Below the pieces are notes generated by a model that worked only from the letters and a program-made list of their open reading frames with translations, was not told the DNA's origin and did not search any database. From NCBI GenBank assembly GCA_963682135.1, contig OY821645.1, positions 2,240,001 to 2,304,000 of the forward strand: 64,000 nt of DNA, written 5' to 3'. The position numbers and the translations under genes were made by a program. This DNA comes from Methanothrix sp. (GTDB lineage Archaea > Halobacteriota > Methanosarcinia > Methanotrichales > Methanotrichaceae). Positions 1 to 10,723 of the stretch are shown here, one piece after another (position 1 is the first letter of the stretch; every line of letters begins with the position of its first letter).

Positions 1-515
1 GGGCCTTCAATTTCACAACCAACTGGGCAATGCTTCGTTACTGTCACATGATCAAGGACATACAGATGGAACAGAGCAGGATTGAGATAGAGGAGCTGCA
101 CAAACAAAGAGAGATTGAAGAAAAGGCCGGTGCGATCTACCATTCTCAGGGAATCGAGGAGTGCTGCAAGTTTTTAACTGACTACAGCACCAGAAACGCC
201 CTGTCCGTCATCCATGACTGGTGGAAGCTCTCAGATTCACTGATTGTAAAGTACAGCAACGGTCTGGTCAATGATGTTCAGAACGGGGTCGTAGAGAGCA
301 GCAAGGTAGGCTACCCCAAGGATTGGCTGGCCAATGTGGGATACCAGTATGGTCCCAGGATATATCAGTATCAAGAGCTCCAGGAGATCGGATGTGTCCA
401 ATACGTCGATAAGACTGCACAAGTGGTGGCAGGCACGGAGCTGGAATATATTAAGGAGAATCAGACCTGTCAGAAAGCAGGTCACAGGAAGCCGAGGAAG
501 GCTCAGGAAGATTAA
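1..515 (+). CDS. C-terminal part of a probable peptidase C69-family (dipeptidase-like) protein; 5' end lies outside the window
   Basis: Frame is open from the window start (AFNFTTNWAMLRYCHMIKDI...WWKLSDSLIVKYSNG...GYPKDWL) and resembles C69 C-termini; recalled similarity, not a search. Confidence 0.55.
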   Translation, partial: AFNFTTNWAMLRYCHMIKDIQMEQSRIEIEELHKQREIEEKAGAIYHSQGIEECCKFLTDYSTRNALSVIHDWWKLSDSLIVKYSNGLVNDVQNGVVESSKVGYPKDWLANVGYQYGPRIYQYQELQEIGCVQYVDKTAQVVAGTELEYIKENQTCQKAGHRKPRKAQED

Positions 516-531
516 TGGAAGGTGTTGGACA

Positions 532-3057
532 TTGTCACATAAACTCTCGATTCTGATCATCTCCGGCAAGATGGAGGATCTGAAATCAGCCACACTTCTG
601 GCCATGAGCCGATTAGAGGAAGCAATCAAGGGCCTGGGGTACCCGACTCTTCTGGCCAGCACCGCGAGCGATGGCCTGAGCCTGGTCAACTCCTATCATG
701 GATTCGGGTGCATCATACTGGATGCGGACATACCCAGCGATGAAGAGATTAAACAGCAGGCAAGGATGCGGGCAAGACAACAGGCTGCGACGGATGCCAT
801 GAAAACCATCAATGCGGTGGATATCATCCGGGTCATCAGAGCGATGGACAAAAAGGTCCCGATATTTCTGACAGCCGATAAAACACAATTGAGAGACATT
901 CCTCTGGAAATCATAAATGAGGTGCATGAGTACATCTACCTGGTCCAGGACACCTCGGACTTTATCGCCGGCCGGGTTGATTTTGCCGCAAGACGTTACT
1001 ATGAGCAGCTTCTTCCTCCCTACTTCGGAGAGCTGAAGAAGTTTACCGAAGATGCCGCTTATAGTTGGGATGCTCCCGGCCATATGGGCGGGGTAGCCTA
1101 CCTCAAGCATCCGGTGGGCCTGCAGTTTCATAAGTTCTTTGGCGAGAACATCATGCGGGCGGACATAGGGATCTCCACTGCCCAGATGGGTGATTGGCTG
1201 GAACATATTGGACCGTCAAACGAGTCGGAATGCAATGCAGCCCGTATCTTTGGTGCCGATTGGACCTTTTACGTCCTGGGCGGATCATCAGCTTCAAACA
1301 GGATAGTATGCCAGGGAGCTATAGGCGCTGAGGAGATGATTGTAGCCGATCGCAACTGTCACAAGTCGCTCAACCACGGCCTGACCCTGAGCCGAGCGAG
1401 GGCCGTTTACCTCAAGCCGACCCGCAACAGCTATGGCATGATCGGGCCCATAGCGCTGCGATACTTTGAGCAGCAGCATATAAAGGAGCTAATAGACAAG
1501 AGCGATCTTAAGATGGGTGCCGTCTCATCTCATCCTTCCTATGGCGTTGTGACCAACTGTACCTATGACGGTTTTTGTTATGATGCCAATGCCGTGGTGC
1601 ATCTGCTATCGAGGAGCGTCGCCCGAATTCACTTCGACGAGGCCTGGTACGCCTATGCGAAGTTTCATCCCATCTATGAAGGCAGATTTGCCATGGGCCT
1701 GAAGAATGAGCTGGACGCGACCACCTTATTCGCTGTGCAGTCGACCCACAAGATGCTACCCGCCTTTTCCATGGCATCCATGATCCACATAAAGGTCAAT
1801 AAGAAGAATCCCAATCTGGAAAAAGACCAGTTCAATGAGGCATTTATGATGCACGGCACCACATCACCCTTCTATCCCATGATCGCCTCCATAGATGTGG
1901 CCACTTCTATGATGGATGAGCCTGCTGGTCGCACAATGATGAACGAGACCCTCCTGGATGCCATTGGCCTGAGAAAGGCCATCGCATCTGTTGGCAAACG
2001 CATTAAGGAGAACATTGAGGAGAGCGATGAGAAGAATAAATGGTTCTTTGACTGCTACCAGCCAGAGAAGGTTATCGATCCTGAGAATCCAGATGAACCT
2101 TACGATTTTGTGGATGCGCCTGACGAGCTGTTGGCCAATGAGGCATCTTGCTGGACGCTCAAGTCCAACGACTACTGGCACGGGTTCAAGCATGGAGACC
2201 TATCCAATGATAACTATTGCATGCTCGATCCCACAAAGGTGACCATCCTCTGTCCGGGCATAAATGCAAAGGGAAAGATGGATGAACACTTTGGCATTCC
2301 AGGCACCATCCTGACCCACTTCCTGGATTCTCGTCGCATTGAGATCGCCCGAACAGGAGACTACACTGTGCTGGTGCTCTTCTCTGTGGGAACGAGCAAA
2401 GGCAAGTGGGGCACGCTGCTTGAGGCACTGCTCGAGTTCAAGCGTCTGTACGATGGCGATGCCAGCGTGGCGGATGTCCTGCCGGAGCTTGCGGAAAAGT
2501 ATCCGGAGGAATATGGCAGGGATGCTGACGGCCAGCCGAAAATATCGCTAAAACAGCTTTGCCTGGATATGCACACATGGATGAAAGACAACAGACTGCC
2601 AGAGCTGCTCAACGATGCCTGCAATGTCATTCCTCCTGCCAAGTACTCATCGGCTGAGACCTACCAGAAGCTGATCCGGGATCAGACGGAGAAAGTCAAG
2701 ATCTCTAAGATTGAAAAACAGAAAAATCGGATTGCCGGGCATATGCTTGTGCCCTATCCTCCGGGAATACCCATATTGATGCCCGGAGAGGTCCTGGAAA
2801 AAGGCAATCCTCAGATAAAATTCTTGCTGACGCTGGAGAAGTTCAATGGCAAGTTCCCCGGCTTCGAGCGAGAGATTCATGGCATTGAGATCGACGAAGA
2901 TGGCAGCTTCTGCATGCGAGTTATCAAGAGAGTCCCTGGCGAGAAGGAAGAAGAGACTGAAGAGATGAGGCTCAAGGAAGGAGAAGCGGCCCCGGCCTAC
3001 AAGCCGACGATCAGGCGGCGCGTTATGTCCAGGTCTATCAAGAGAGGACGCTCTTAG
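532..3057 (+). CDS. Orn/Lys/Arg decarboxylase (PLP fold type I, with N-terminal wing domain)
   Basis: Motifs PGHMGG, DRNCHKS, TNCTYDG, HFDEAW, QSTHKML (PLP lysine), TTSPFYP, PYPPGIP, FPGFEREIHG; probable TTG start at 532 after AAGGTG. Confidence 0.92.
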   Translation: MSHKLSILIISGKMEDLKSATLLAMSRLEEAIKGLGYPTLLASTASDGLSLVNSYHGFGCIILDADIPSDEEIKQQARMRARQQAATDAMKTINAVDIIRVIRAMDKKVPIFLTADKTQLRDIPLEIINEVHEYIYLVQDTSDFIAGRVDFAARRYYEQLLPPYFGELKKFTEDAAYSWDAPGHMGGVAYLKHPVGLQFHKFFGENIMRADIGISTAQMGDWLEHIGPSNESECNAARIFGADWTFYVLGGSSASNRIVCQGAIGAEEMIVADRNCHKSLNHGLTLSRARAVYLKPTRNSYGMIGPIALRYFEQQHIKELIDKSDLKMGAVSSHPSYGVVTNCTYDGFCYDANAVVHLLSRSVARIHFDEAWYAYAKFHPIYEGRFAMGLKNELDATTLFAVQSTHKMLPAFSMASMIHIKVNKKNPNLEKDQFNEAFMMHGTTSPFYPMIASIDVATSMMDEPAGRTMMNETLLDAIGLRKAIASVGKRIKENIEESDEKNKWFFDCYQPEKVIDPENPDEPYDFVDAPDELLANEASCWTLKSNDYWHGFKHGDLSNDNYCMLDPTKVTILCPGINAKGKMDEHFGIPGTILTHFLDSRRIEIARTGDYTVLVLFSVGTSKGKWGTLLEALLEFKRLYDGDASVADVLPELAEKYPEEYGRDADGQPKISLKQLCLDMHTWMKDNRLPELLNDACNVIPPAKYSSAETYQKLIRDQTEKVKISKIEKQKNRIAGHMLVPYPPGIPILMPGEVLEKGNPQIKFLLTLEKFNGKFPGFEREIHGIEIDEDGSFCMRVIKRVPGEKEEETEEMRLKEGEAAPAYKPTIRRRVMSRSIKRGRS

Positions 3058-3082
3058 CCAAGGAAAGGATACCAACGGTGGA

Positions 3083-3134
3083 CTGCCGGGATGACTCCTG
3101 GAAATCCGGGAGGAAAGCCGGCAGCAATTTTTTT
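3083..3134 (+). terminator. GC-rich hairpin plus T-tract between convergent genes
   Basis: CTGCCGG...CCGGCAG stem followed by TTTTTTT just after the decarboxylase stop. Confidence 0.45.
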
Positions 3135-3143
3135 AGCCAGAAG

Positions 3144-3638
3144 CTAAAGGCTATGACTCTTCAGCCCTAAAATCTCGTCTAACTTAACGCCCACCAGCTT
3201 CCAGACGGAGCTTTTCTCATCCAGGAGCAGGGCCTCCACCGGCTCCTGGGGCGAATGGCCCAGAGCAGAGAGGACATTGGAGGAGAGGGATTTGCTCTTG
3301 ATCAGGTGCACAAACATCTCTCGCACCGCCCTTTTTTGACCGGCGTCTTCCACCTGCACCAGCCGCCCGGGCAGAGCCACAAAACTGAAAGCGGAAAGAT
3401 CTGGAGAGTAGTGCTCTATCTCCACGGTCACGAAGGGATTGTCCCGAAAATGCTGCACCTTTTTGCCGTAGTTGGTGGATAGGAAGTACATAAACCTGCC
3501 ATCAAAGACATAAATAAATGGAGCAATGTAAGGATGCTTCTGCCCCTTGAAAGCAATGCGGCAGACATATTGCTCCTCAACCAGACCGTCGTATTCCGCT
3601 TTTCCCATGCGGGGCATCTTAAAGATTTCTTCGGGCAT
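3144..3638 (-). CDS. Pyridoxamine 5'-phosphate oxidase-like / NimA-like flavin-binding protein
   Basis: VCRIAF..PYIAPFIYV..MYF..GKK...NPFVTVE split-barrel pattern. Confidence 0.8.
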   Translation of the reverse strand: MPEEIFKMPRMGKAEYDGLVEEQYVCRIAFKGQKHPYIAPFIYVFDGRFMYFLSTNYGKKVQHFRDNPFVTVEIEHYSPDLSAFSFVALPGRLVQVEDAGQKRAVREMFVHLIKSKSLSSNVLSALGHSPQEPVEALLLDEKSSVWKLVGVKLDEILGLKSHSL

Positions 3639-3762
3639 TTATCGTCACCTTCGAGAAGATCTGTCGTAAGGAATTCATTTGATACATGAAAAGGATTTCG
3701 AGGAGATTACTTTCGCTCCGCTTGCATATCGGTTATAATCCATTAGTTCCTGCATAACTGCA

Positions 3763-4989
3763 ATGGTCACCCTGGAGAAGATCGCCCACCTGGCTGAAGA
3801 GTGCAGATTCGACTCATCAGGACCCCTTCAAGGTCCATCCGCTGCAGGCGTGGCAGGAGTAAGTCCCGAGAAGCTTAATAGCCTGGGAGAGGGCACGCGC
3901 CATGATGTTTGCGCGTCCACCTTTTCACCACGCGAGACGCCTCTGCCCGGAATATGCCATGCTTTCACCCAGGATGGCAGATGCGTCAGCCTCTTCAAGA
4001 CGCTTTACACCAACCATTGCACTCATCAATGCAGCTACTGCACCAATGCCGCCAGCTGCAGCAACAAGTCCAGAGCCTTCTCCTATACTCCGGAGGAGCT
4101 GGCCGGGATCACCCATTCCCTTTACCGGTCGAATTTTATCGAAGGGCTCTTTCTCTCCTCAGGAGCCGGCCGGGATGAGGATCACATCACAGAAAAGATG
4201 CTGGAGACCGTGCGGCTATTGCGCCAGAAGTACGCTTTTGGCGGATACATTCACCTCAAGGTGCTGCCTGGATCCGCCCGCGCGCACATCCAGGAAGCCA
4301 GTGAGCTGGCGGATAGGGTCAGCATCAATCTGGAGGCGGCATCTGCCTCGCACATGAATGAGATCTGTGCCACCAAGAATTATGAGAACGATATCCTGCA
4401 AAGGCAGAGATACATCCGTGATATTCTAAGAGGCGCTGGGAAATCCAAATCCATTCTGCCTGCCGGCCAGACCACTCAGCTTGTTGTAGGAGCCTGCGGG
4501 GAGAGCGATGAGGAGATCTTCCAGAGAGTCATTTACGAGTACGGGGAAATTGGGGTGAAGAGGGCCTACTACAGCGCTTTCTCTCCCCAGCAGGGAACAC
4601 CCTTTGAAGATAAAACGGGCCAGCCGCTCTGGAGAGAGCACCGCCTCTATCAGATGGACTGGCTATATCGGATTTACCACTTCCAGGCCGATGAGATCTG
4701 CCATGCCTTTGATGAGAATGGCTTTCTCTGCAACAATGATCCCAAGATGGCCATCGCCAGAGAGTCTATGGATAGACCTCTGGACCCAAATACGGCAACA
4801 ATACAGGAACTTCTCAGAGTGCCGGGCATCGGCCCCAAGAGCGCGCAAAGGATCGTTGCCCTTCGCAAAAGACAGCCGATCGTTGGCAAAGCCGAGCTGG
4901 CGGCCATGGGAATACGAATTAAGAGAGCTGCGCCCTTTCTGAAGATCAATGGCTGGAGAGACACCACTCTGGAGATGTGGCAGGCTTGA
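3763..4989 (+). CDS. Putative DNA modification/repair radical SAM protein with C-terminal HhH (TIGR03916-like)
   Basis: GICHAFTQDGRCVSLFKTL, CTHQCSYC (CxxxCxxC), GYIHLK, REHRLYQMDWLYRIY, LLRVPGIGPKSA. Confidence 0.9.
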   Translation: MVTLEKIAHLAEECRFDSSGPLQGPSAAGVAGVSPEKLNSLGEGTRHDVCASTFSPRETPLPGICHAFTQDGRCVSLFKTLYTNHCTHQCSYCTNAASCSNKSRAFSYTPEELAGITHSLYRSNFIEGLFLSSGAGRDEDHITEKMLETVRLLRQKYAFGGYIHLKVLPGSARAHIQEASELADRVSINLEAASASHMNEICATKNYENDILQRQRYIRDILRGAGKSKSILPAGQTTQLVVGACGESDEEIFQRVIYEYGEIGVKRAYYSAFSPQQGTPFEDKTGQPLWREHRLYQMDWLYRIYHFQADEICHAFDENGFLCNNDPKMAIARESMDRPLDPNTATIQELLRVPGIGPKSAQRIVALRKRQPIVGKAELAAMGIRIKRAAPFLKINGWRDTTLEMWQA

Positions 4990-5612
4990 GGATTCCGGAT
5001 AACTTCTGCTACTACCTCTCCATGCATGAGGAATGCAATGAGAGGCTTCTTGACCGGGCGAAAAACCTTCGGTGCGAAGAGGTGGACATCTCCCAAGATC
5101 ACGAAGTCGTCCGCATAAAGAAGATGGTCTACGCCGTAATGGGCGAAGTGCACAGGATGAAGGCATTTGTGAGGCTTTCTTCTCTTGGCACATCGGTTCT
5201 TTACGGCTTTTTCAAGCCCAGGAACCAAATAGGTGAGCACATCTGCGATTACTTTGCCCGCAGAAACGCCGGAACGATAATAGTACTAGGAAACGGCAGG
5301 GAGAGCTGGATCTCTCTTTGCCGGGATGGCAAAATCTGGCGGGATCATGGCGGGGGAATGGCCATGTCTCTGGAGAAGCTGAAGGGCGCCCTGCATTGCA
5401 GCCCGGATGGACCAAGCGAGGATGGGGCCTTTGAGGATGTGTCCAATGTGGAGGGCCTCTGGCAGATCTACTACGACAGCCAGTACTGTCCAGAGAGAAA
5501 GAATCCGGCGGCATTTAAGAGGCACATGCCCAGAAGAGATCAGGAGTCAGCGGGACTGCGGCTGGTGCAAAATAGGAAGAATGCGTCGCTCGATGACTTT
5601 CTGGGGGACTAA
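4977..5612 (+). CDS. DUF4130 / TIGR03915-like DNA metabolism protein
   Basis: EVHRMKAFVRL and LWQIYYDSQYCPERKNP..HMPRR motifs; overlaps the radical SAM gene, its usual partner. Confidence 0.82.
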   Translation: MAGLRIPDNFCYYLSMHEECNERLLDRAKNLRCEEVDISQDHEVVRIKKMVYAVMGEVHRMKAFVRLSSLGTSVLYGFFKPRNQIGEHICDYFARRNAGTIIVLGNGRESWISLCRDGKIWRDHGGGMAMSLEKLKGALHCSPDGPSEDGAFEDVSNVEGLWQIYYDSQYCPERKNPAAFKRHMPRRDQESAGLRLVQNRKNASLDDFLGD

Positions 5613-5643
5613 AAAATATGAAAATAAAAAATCCGGGAATATC

Positions 5644-6188
5644 TTACTCTCGCCTCTTTCGCATGGCAATTGCCGTCATACCTATCATGACCAGAGCCGT
5701 CAGCGCCGGGAAGCCGGGCTCCTCTCTTGTGGCCTCCCTTGACATTGTGGCGTTTTCGAATCTGCCGACGCTCATCTCTGCCGGTTCAGCAGCCGCCTCC
5801 GCCTCATTGACGAATGCTCCCGTCCTTGTTCCTCTGGCAGCCAGACGCTCCCTGTCACCGAGCATTGTGGTTGCATTGAGCTGCACATAGTCCTGCCCCT
5901 GGCCGACTATTGTGGAATTGCTCCAGATGAGAACGTCCACCACATAGTTGTACCTGTCCGGGACGGTGAGGTTGACGCTCTTTATGACCGTCTCGTCGGG
6001 TGCAATTATGCCGGTATTGCTCCACCGCTTGTCTGCCACCAGCTTCGAATCAATGTCGGTAGCTTTAAGCATCAGTTCGTAATCCTGGCTGGCCTTGCCG
6101 CCATAGTTGGTCACGTAAATGTCACTTTGGATTAAATCAAAGACAGCGTTATAAGAATAGAAACTGCCATATTTTGGTGCATCATCAT
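5644..6188 (-). pseudogene. Broken PGF-CTERM surface protein gene
   Basis: Signal-peptide-like start MMMHQNMAVSILITLSLI stops at 6132-6134; the C-terminal domain ending EPGFPALTALVMIGMTAIAMRKRRE is in another frame. Confidence 0.6.
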
Positions 6189-6239
6189 TCCCCCGCTCGG
6201 AGTATATTCTTAATTCTATTTAAAAATTTTGCATAATTC

Positions 6240-7403
6240 TCAATCATTCTCTTGCGCACCGGCAGGAGACCTGCCAAAGATGCTTCCGCTCCTGGAAGGC
6301 AGCAAGCTTGCTGCCAGAGCCAGGATGGGACCCATGATCAGCCCTGATCCAACCAGCAGGGCGAGAGTTCCCAGGACGGCCAGAAGGACTCTTTGCAGCA
6401 GACCAGCCTCGCCTCTCGCCAGACGAATTGTCACTACCCCCAGGATTGCATGCAAAGCGGCGATTGCAAAGGTGATGTAAACCTCCGGCCCAAATGGAGC
6501 GCGGGTGAGATTGAAGACCATCTGGGTGAAGACGGAGGCGCTGCTGGCCAGGAAAAGAAATCCGGCCAGAGATCCGGCCAGGCAGAATGAGGTGCGCCGG
6601 GAGCCACGCCAGAAGATAAGGAGGGCCAGGATCTCTGCTACCAGATAGGGAATGAGAATAACCCCCAGGCTCTGTCCCTCCCAGAGGTAAACGGCTATGA
6701 GCTGCAAAGGTGTGGTAATCCTCTCCAGGAAGCCGAACTCCTCCCGATAGCCCACCACCAATCCGTAATGCCCGAGATTCACGCTTGTGCCGTTAATACT
6801 ATTTATATCACTATTATTAATATTACTGCCAGCGAAATTGCTGTAAACTGCAGCATAGTAGCGGGCTGATTTTGGAGCGGTCAGGTTTATCTCCGCGACT
6901 TCTCTAAAACTGCTGGGCCCGAATGGCTCGTAGACGGCATCGGCTGCACCCTTACTCTCTGCCGCCAGAATTTTCATGTCGGATGCTTGCGCCGGCAGGG
7001 ACAACTGCCCAGGCGGCAGACCGCTCGCATTCAATCCCGGACCCAGGAGCAGCAGAGCAGGAAGAAAATCATTTTCCTTTGCATCCGCCGACTTGAAGAG
7101 CGATAGGTAGATTCGCTCCCCCTCCTCCAGATCCAGGCTGTAGTAATGCACCTGATCCTTCTCTAGAGAGCCGTAAACCGCCCAGGACTTTCCCGGATCG
7201 GATATGTACATGGCTGAGGAGATGTTGTCATTTTCACCGGCCATGAGGGGTACGTGAGCAGAGGCTGGAAATGCGAAAGAAAGCATTACGAGCAAAACTG
7301 CGAAGAGGATGGGGCTTGGTCTCACAACTATACCTGGCACACGATCGGTATTCAATTTTTCGGCCTTGGCCAGTGAAATTGCGGCGGCGCACCCGCGCAG
7401 CAA
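6240..7403 (-). CDS. Exported/membrane hypothetical protein (signal peptide, soluble domain, several C-terminal TM helices); true start probably downstream of 7403
   Basis: 387-aa ORF with FAFPASAH cleavage-like site, YEPFGP motif and hydrophobic C-terminus. Confidence 0.7.
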   Translation of the reverse strand: MLRGCAAAISLAKAEKLNTDRVPGIVVRPSPILFAVLLVMLSFAFPASAHVPLMAGENDNISSAMYISDPGKSWAVYGSLEKDQVHYYSLDLEEGERIYLSLFKSADAKENDFLPALLLLGPGLNASGLPPGQLSLPAQASDMKILAAESKGAADAVYEPFGPSSFREVAEINLTAPKSARYYAAVYSNFAGSNINNSDINSINGTSVNLGHYGLVVGYREEFGFLERITTPLQLIAVYLWEGQSLGVILIPYLVAEILALLIFWRGSRRTSFCLAGSLAGFLFLASSASVFTQMVFNLTRAPFGPEVYITFAIAALHAILGVVTIRLARGEAGLLQRVLLAVLGTLALLVGSGLIMGPILALAASLLPSRSGSIFGRSPAGAQEND

Positions 7404-7448
7404 GCAACGTAGAGCTTTATACCGGTAAAGTTTAAGTACCTTGAGCTC

Positions 7449-10400
7449 CTACTGGCACGTTCCATAATTTCTTCTCCCAGTGCCGTCTGACCTAACTAGC
7501 TTCCTACCGCCATTCTCAACATCTTGCGCAATATTTGCAGATAGTTTAACTCCTTCGATGTTGTCTCCATCGAGTTTGGCTCTGTAAATGTTGGCTCCTG
7601 CAAGGTTTGCTCCATCAAGATTGGCTCCTGTAAGGTTTGCTCCTACAAGATTGGCTCCTGCAAGGTTTGCTCCTACAAGATTGGCTCCTGCAAGGCTTGC
7701 TCCATCGAGTTTGGCTCTGTAAATGTTGGCTCCTGCAAGGTTTGCTCCATCAAGATTGGCTCCCATAAGGTTTGCTCCTACAAGATTGGCTTCTACGAGT
7801 TTCACATCTACAAGTATGGCTCCTGCTAGGAAGCCATTTGCAAGGTTTGCTCCTACAAGATTGACTTTATAAAGGTTGGCCCCGTTTAGGTTGACTTCGT
7901 TTAGGTTGGCTCCTACGAGGTTGGCTTCGTTTAGATTAGCATTGTTTAGATTGGCTCCGTTTAGGTTGGCTCCTACGAGGTTGGCTCTGCTGAGATCTGA
8001 CGAGCATAGATTTGCTTGCCCAAAATCAATGGTTTGCAAAATCGCCCCTATTAGCTTTAAATGCGACAAACATTCTACAACCAAAACCGACTCGCCTTCT
8101 GCCCTTTGCCCCTGGACTCTCTTTAACCACGCTCCGAAGGCTGTTTTATCTGGATGCTCAATGTCGCTGATTTTTCCAGTTATGTATGCACATGCATTCA
8201 AGACCGCTAGCAATGCTTCTTCGGCGTTTCGGGATTGGAAGAGGGCTTCTCTAAATGATGCAAGTTGAAGCTGTTCCATTGGCATCCCATGTCGCAACAT
8301 ATAGCTGAAAAGTTTTGCAAGCATCTCCTGCCAGTGATCCAAGTCCTGAACGAGCTGAAGCCTAATTTCATTGAGAAGGAAGTCATGAAGGTATTGCGAT
8401 ATCGCACTTGGTCCACAGATCTGCGCCCAGTACTTGAGCGCGTCCCGTTCGTCCCAACCTCCATCGGGATTATTGGCACGGCTCTCCAACTCACGGATAA
8501 CTCTTTTGGTAGCTCTAACTATTCGTCTCGCTGTTAAATATTCGCCAAAACTCTTGTGAGTGAATATAAATGTAGGATCTCCGCTGGGGCGTTGGCCATA
8601 TTGTCGAAAGAAAAAGGCTGCGAGCAGCCGCGTAACGCCTGCCTTGGCCCCCTCCTGAAACGCTTCCAGCAACACACCCAGTCCGCTATCGCGACAATGT
8701 TTCTCGATTTCATGCACCGTAGTCGTTCGCCCATCTCCGTGCCAGGCCGCCAAGCCAATCTCTTCAAGCACGCGGGAGAAATCGTCAAGCTTCATGTGAC
8801 GAATGGGTGCGTAAGGCCGGTGCTTTTCGTAGCCACGTTCATGGACCGCGGCGACTAAATCCTCGTAAATTGAGTTCAGATTAACGCCCTTGGTGAAATC
8901 AAGCTTGTCTCGTGTGAAGCTGAGCGCGACTAGATAGTTGAGCAGTGGTTGGGCGGTAACCTCAGCGAGGTCGTCTCGATCCAGCTCATACGGCAGATTA
9001 TTGTATCCTTTGCCAGTCAGAGCGCCGTAGTTCTTCCACCACTGTTGTCGTAGATCGCATTTTAGCAAATTTTCTGGGTCATCATACTCCTCCCCATCTT
9101 GCACAAAATGCCGCTTATGTTCAGGCGGTCGAGGTACAAAGTAAGGAAGCAAAGTGAGGATTTGATGTGGCCGACGAAATTCGGATTCATTCTCCTGCAC
9201 GACTAATTCTCGGCCGCTAATCAGAACGCGAAGCTTAACGCTTTCAAGATTCCGCTTCTCGACGGTCCTATCTATCTCTCGAATAAAAGCTCTTGCAGTC
9301 TCTGCCGCAGCTTTCCCTTGGCTGGCCAATTCGTCAAGGCCATCGAAGATGATTAGCATGCTTGGTTCAGGAGACTCGGGATCTAACGGATTCTGAGGCA
9401 GCACTCCTTCAGCCCTAACAAATCGTCCAACCTCCTCAACTAAGTCTTTGGAGGGGTCGATCAAATGTAATGGAATATACAACGCCTTAAGTTTCGGATC
9501 ATTCGAGAGTTTTGCCGCGAAAACGCGCGCGAATGAAGATTTTCCGCTGCCTGGGCCACCGCTGATGACCCGAATGGCATCCTGCGAGCTAGGATTCTGC
9601 AGCCATTGATCCAACTCTTTTTGCAAAGAAACAACGATGCGTCGGCGCTGCTTACCAGTGAAAGTCATTTCTTCGGACAACTCTTTGGCAGACTTATCCA
9701 CAAAGTAAAATGCGTTCAGTGGAACATAAATCTGGCTTAGGCTAAACGGCTCGTCGAAAATTCCTTCATGGACTCGACGCTGTAGGAGCGCGGAATAAGT
9801 TCTCCACGCACACTCTCGCTCCCCAGCCTTAGCAAAGGGCGTATCCAGCGTAGCAATGAGCGGGCGGTAGTAGTTCGCGTTACATCGCCATTCCTGATTG
9901 AGTGCGTAAACAAAGTAGCTCGGTAGACGGCCAGCAATTGCCTTTGCTGCTGGCTCGCTCACATCGAGGTATTCGAGCCACTTCTGAAGGAGGGATTGAA
10001 TCTCTTTAACCAGAAGCAATTCCGCAGGTCGGTCGAAAAACTTGTGATCAATATGAGCCTCTCCGGTTGAGATGGAAATATCAAATTGGTCCGCCAAGAC
10101 ATCGGAAGCTTTCTTGTTGTCGATCAGTTGTTGGCTGGAATTTTCACCTACTAACTCAAAGATGGCCTTGATAACGGAACGTTGGATGAGGATGTATGCA
10201 AGTTCTTCTGGTTTTGTTTCTAATCCTATGGCAGATAAAGTCTCCCCTGCGTCGGTGCTGAGTTCTTCCCACTTGCCGTAAGCGGTGTGGCCAATGCCTT
10301 TGGAGAGCGCTTTGAAAAGTTGCCTGTAATCAATCTGTAGTGACTTTTCGAAAATTCTCTTGGGTTTTGTCACCTTCAGTTTTGGATTTAATTCAGACAT
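7449..10400 (-). CDS. NACHT/STAND NTPase with C-terminal pentapeptide repeats
   Basis: Walker A GGPGSGKS, Walker [25 protein letters not shown], long (A/N)L.GA pentapeptide tract; ATG at 10400 (MSELNPK). Confidence 0.88.
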   Translation of the reverse strand: MSELNPKLKVTKPKRIFEKSLQIDYRQLFKALSKGIGHTAYGKWEELSTDAGETLSAIGLETKPEELAYILIQRSVIKAIFELVGENSSQQLIDNKKASDVLADQFDISISTGEAHIDHKFFDRPAELLLVKEIQSLLQKWLEYLDVSEPAAKAIAGRLPSYFVYALNQEWRCNANYYRPLIATLDTPFAKAGERECAWRTYSALLQRRVHEGIFDEPFSLSQIYVPLNAFYFVDKSAKELSEEMTFTGKQRRRIVVSLQKELDQWLQNPSSQDAIRVISGGPGSGKSSFARVFAAKLSNDPKLKALYIPLHLIDPSKDLVEEVGRFVRAEGVLPQNPLDPESPEPSMLIIFDGLDELASQGKAAAETARAFIREIDRTVEKRNLESVKLRVLISGRELVVQENESEFRRPHQILTLLPYFVPRPPEHKRHFVQDGEEYDDPENLLKCDLRQQWWKNYGALTGKGYNNLPYELDRDDLAEVTAQPLLNYLVALSFTRDKLDFTKGVNLNSIYEDLVAAVHERGYEKHRPYAPIRHMKLDDFSRVLEEIGLAAWHGDGRTTTVHEIEKHCRDSGLGVLLEAFQEGAKAGVTRLLAAFFFRQYGQRPSGDPTFIFTHKSFGEYLTARRIVRATKRVIRELESRANNPDGGWDERDALKYWAQICGPSAISQYLHDFLLNEIRLQLVQDLDHWQEMLAKLFSYMLRHGMPMEQLQLASFREALFQSRNAEEALLAVLNACAYITGKISDIEHPDKTAFGAWLKRVQGQRAEGESVLVVECLSHLKLIGAILQTIDFGQANLCSSDLSRANLVGANLNGANLNNANLNEANLVGANLNEVNLNGANLYKVNLVGANLANGFLAGAILVDVKLVEANLVGANLMGANLDGANLAGANIYRAKLDGASLAGANLVGANLAGANLVGANLTGANLDGANLAGANIYRAKLDGDNIEGVKLSANIAQDVENGGRKLVRSDGTGRRNYGTCQ

Positions 10401-10432
10401 ATTAAACCTCTGTAAGAACGCTATAAAATTCG

Positions 10433-10723
10433 CTAAGTGAAGTGAAGTCCGCCATTGTCCGGATAGCGAAAGAGCAGGGTTCTGCTTTCCAGCCATACCC
10501 AATCTGATCCCAGTGCCGCCAGAGAGAGGTAGGGCAGGAGCGTATGCGACGTTTCTACCCCGCGCTCCATAGCCAAGTAAATGCCATACACTGGCTGGAT
10601 GATCCTTTCACCGAACCAAATACTCTGCCAAGCCGCCCGAATCCGTTCCGCCAGCGTCCGAACCGGTAGCTTATCGGCCTGATTGGCGCTCAGAAAGACG
10701 TTATACTCGAATGTTCTGCTCAT
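10433..10723 (-). pseudogene. Degenerate or truncated TIR domain (TIR_2-like)
   Basis: YNVFLS..ADK..VRTLAERI....IWF...IQP...YLAMERG......S.AALGSDWVWLE; only 96 aa, with several substitutions from the TIR consensus. Confidence 0.65.

Noticed and set aside
334-531. N-terminal extension of the decarboxylase ORF
   Set aside because: It overlaps the upstream gene; an RBS-preceded TTG at 532 is more plausible
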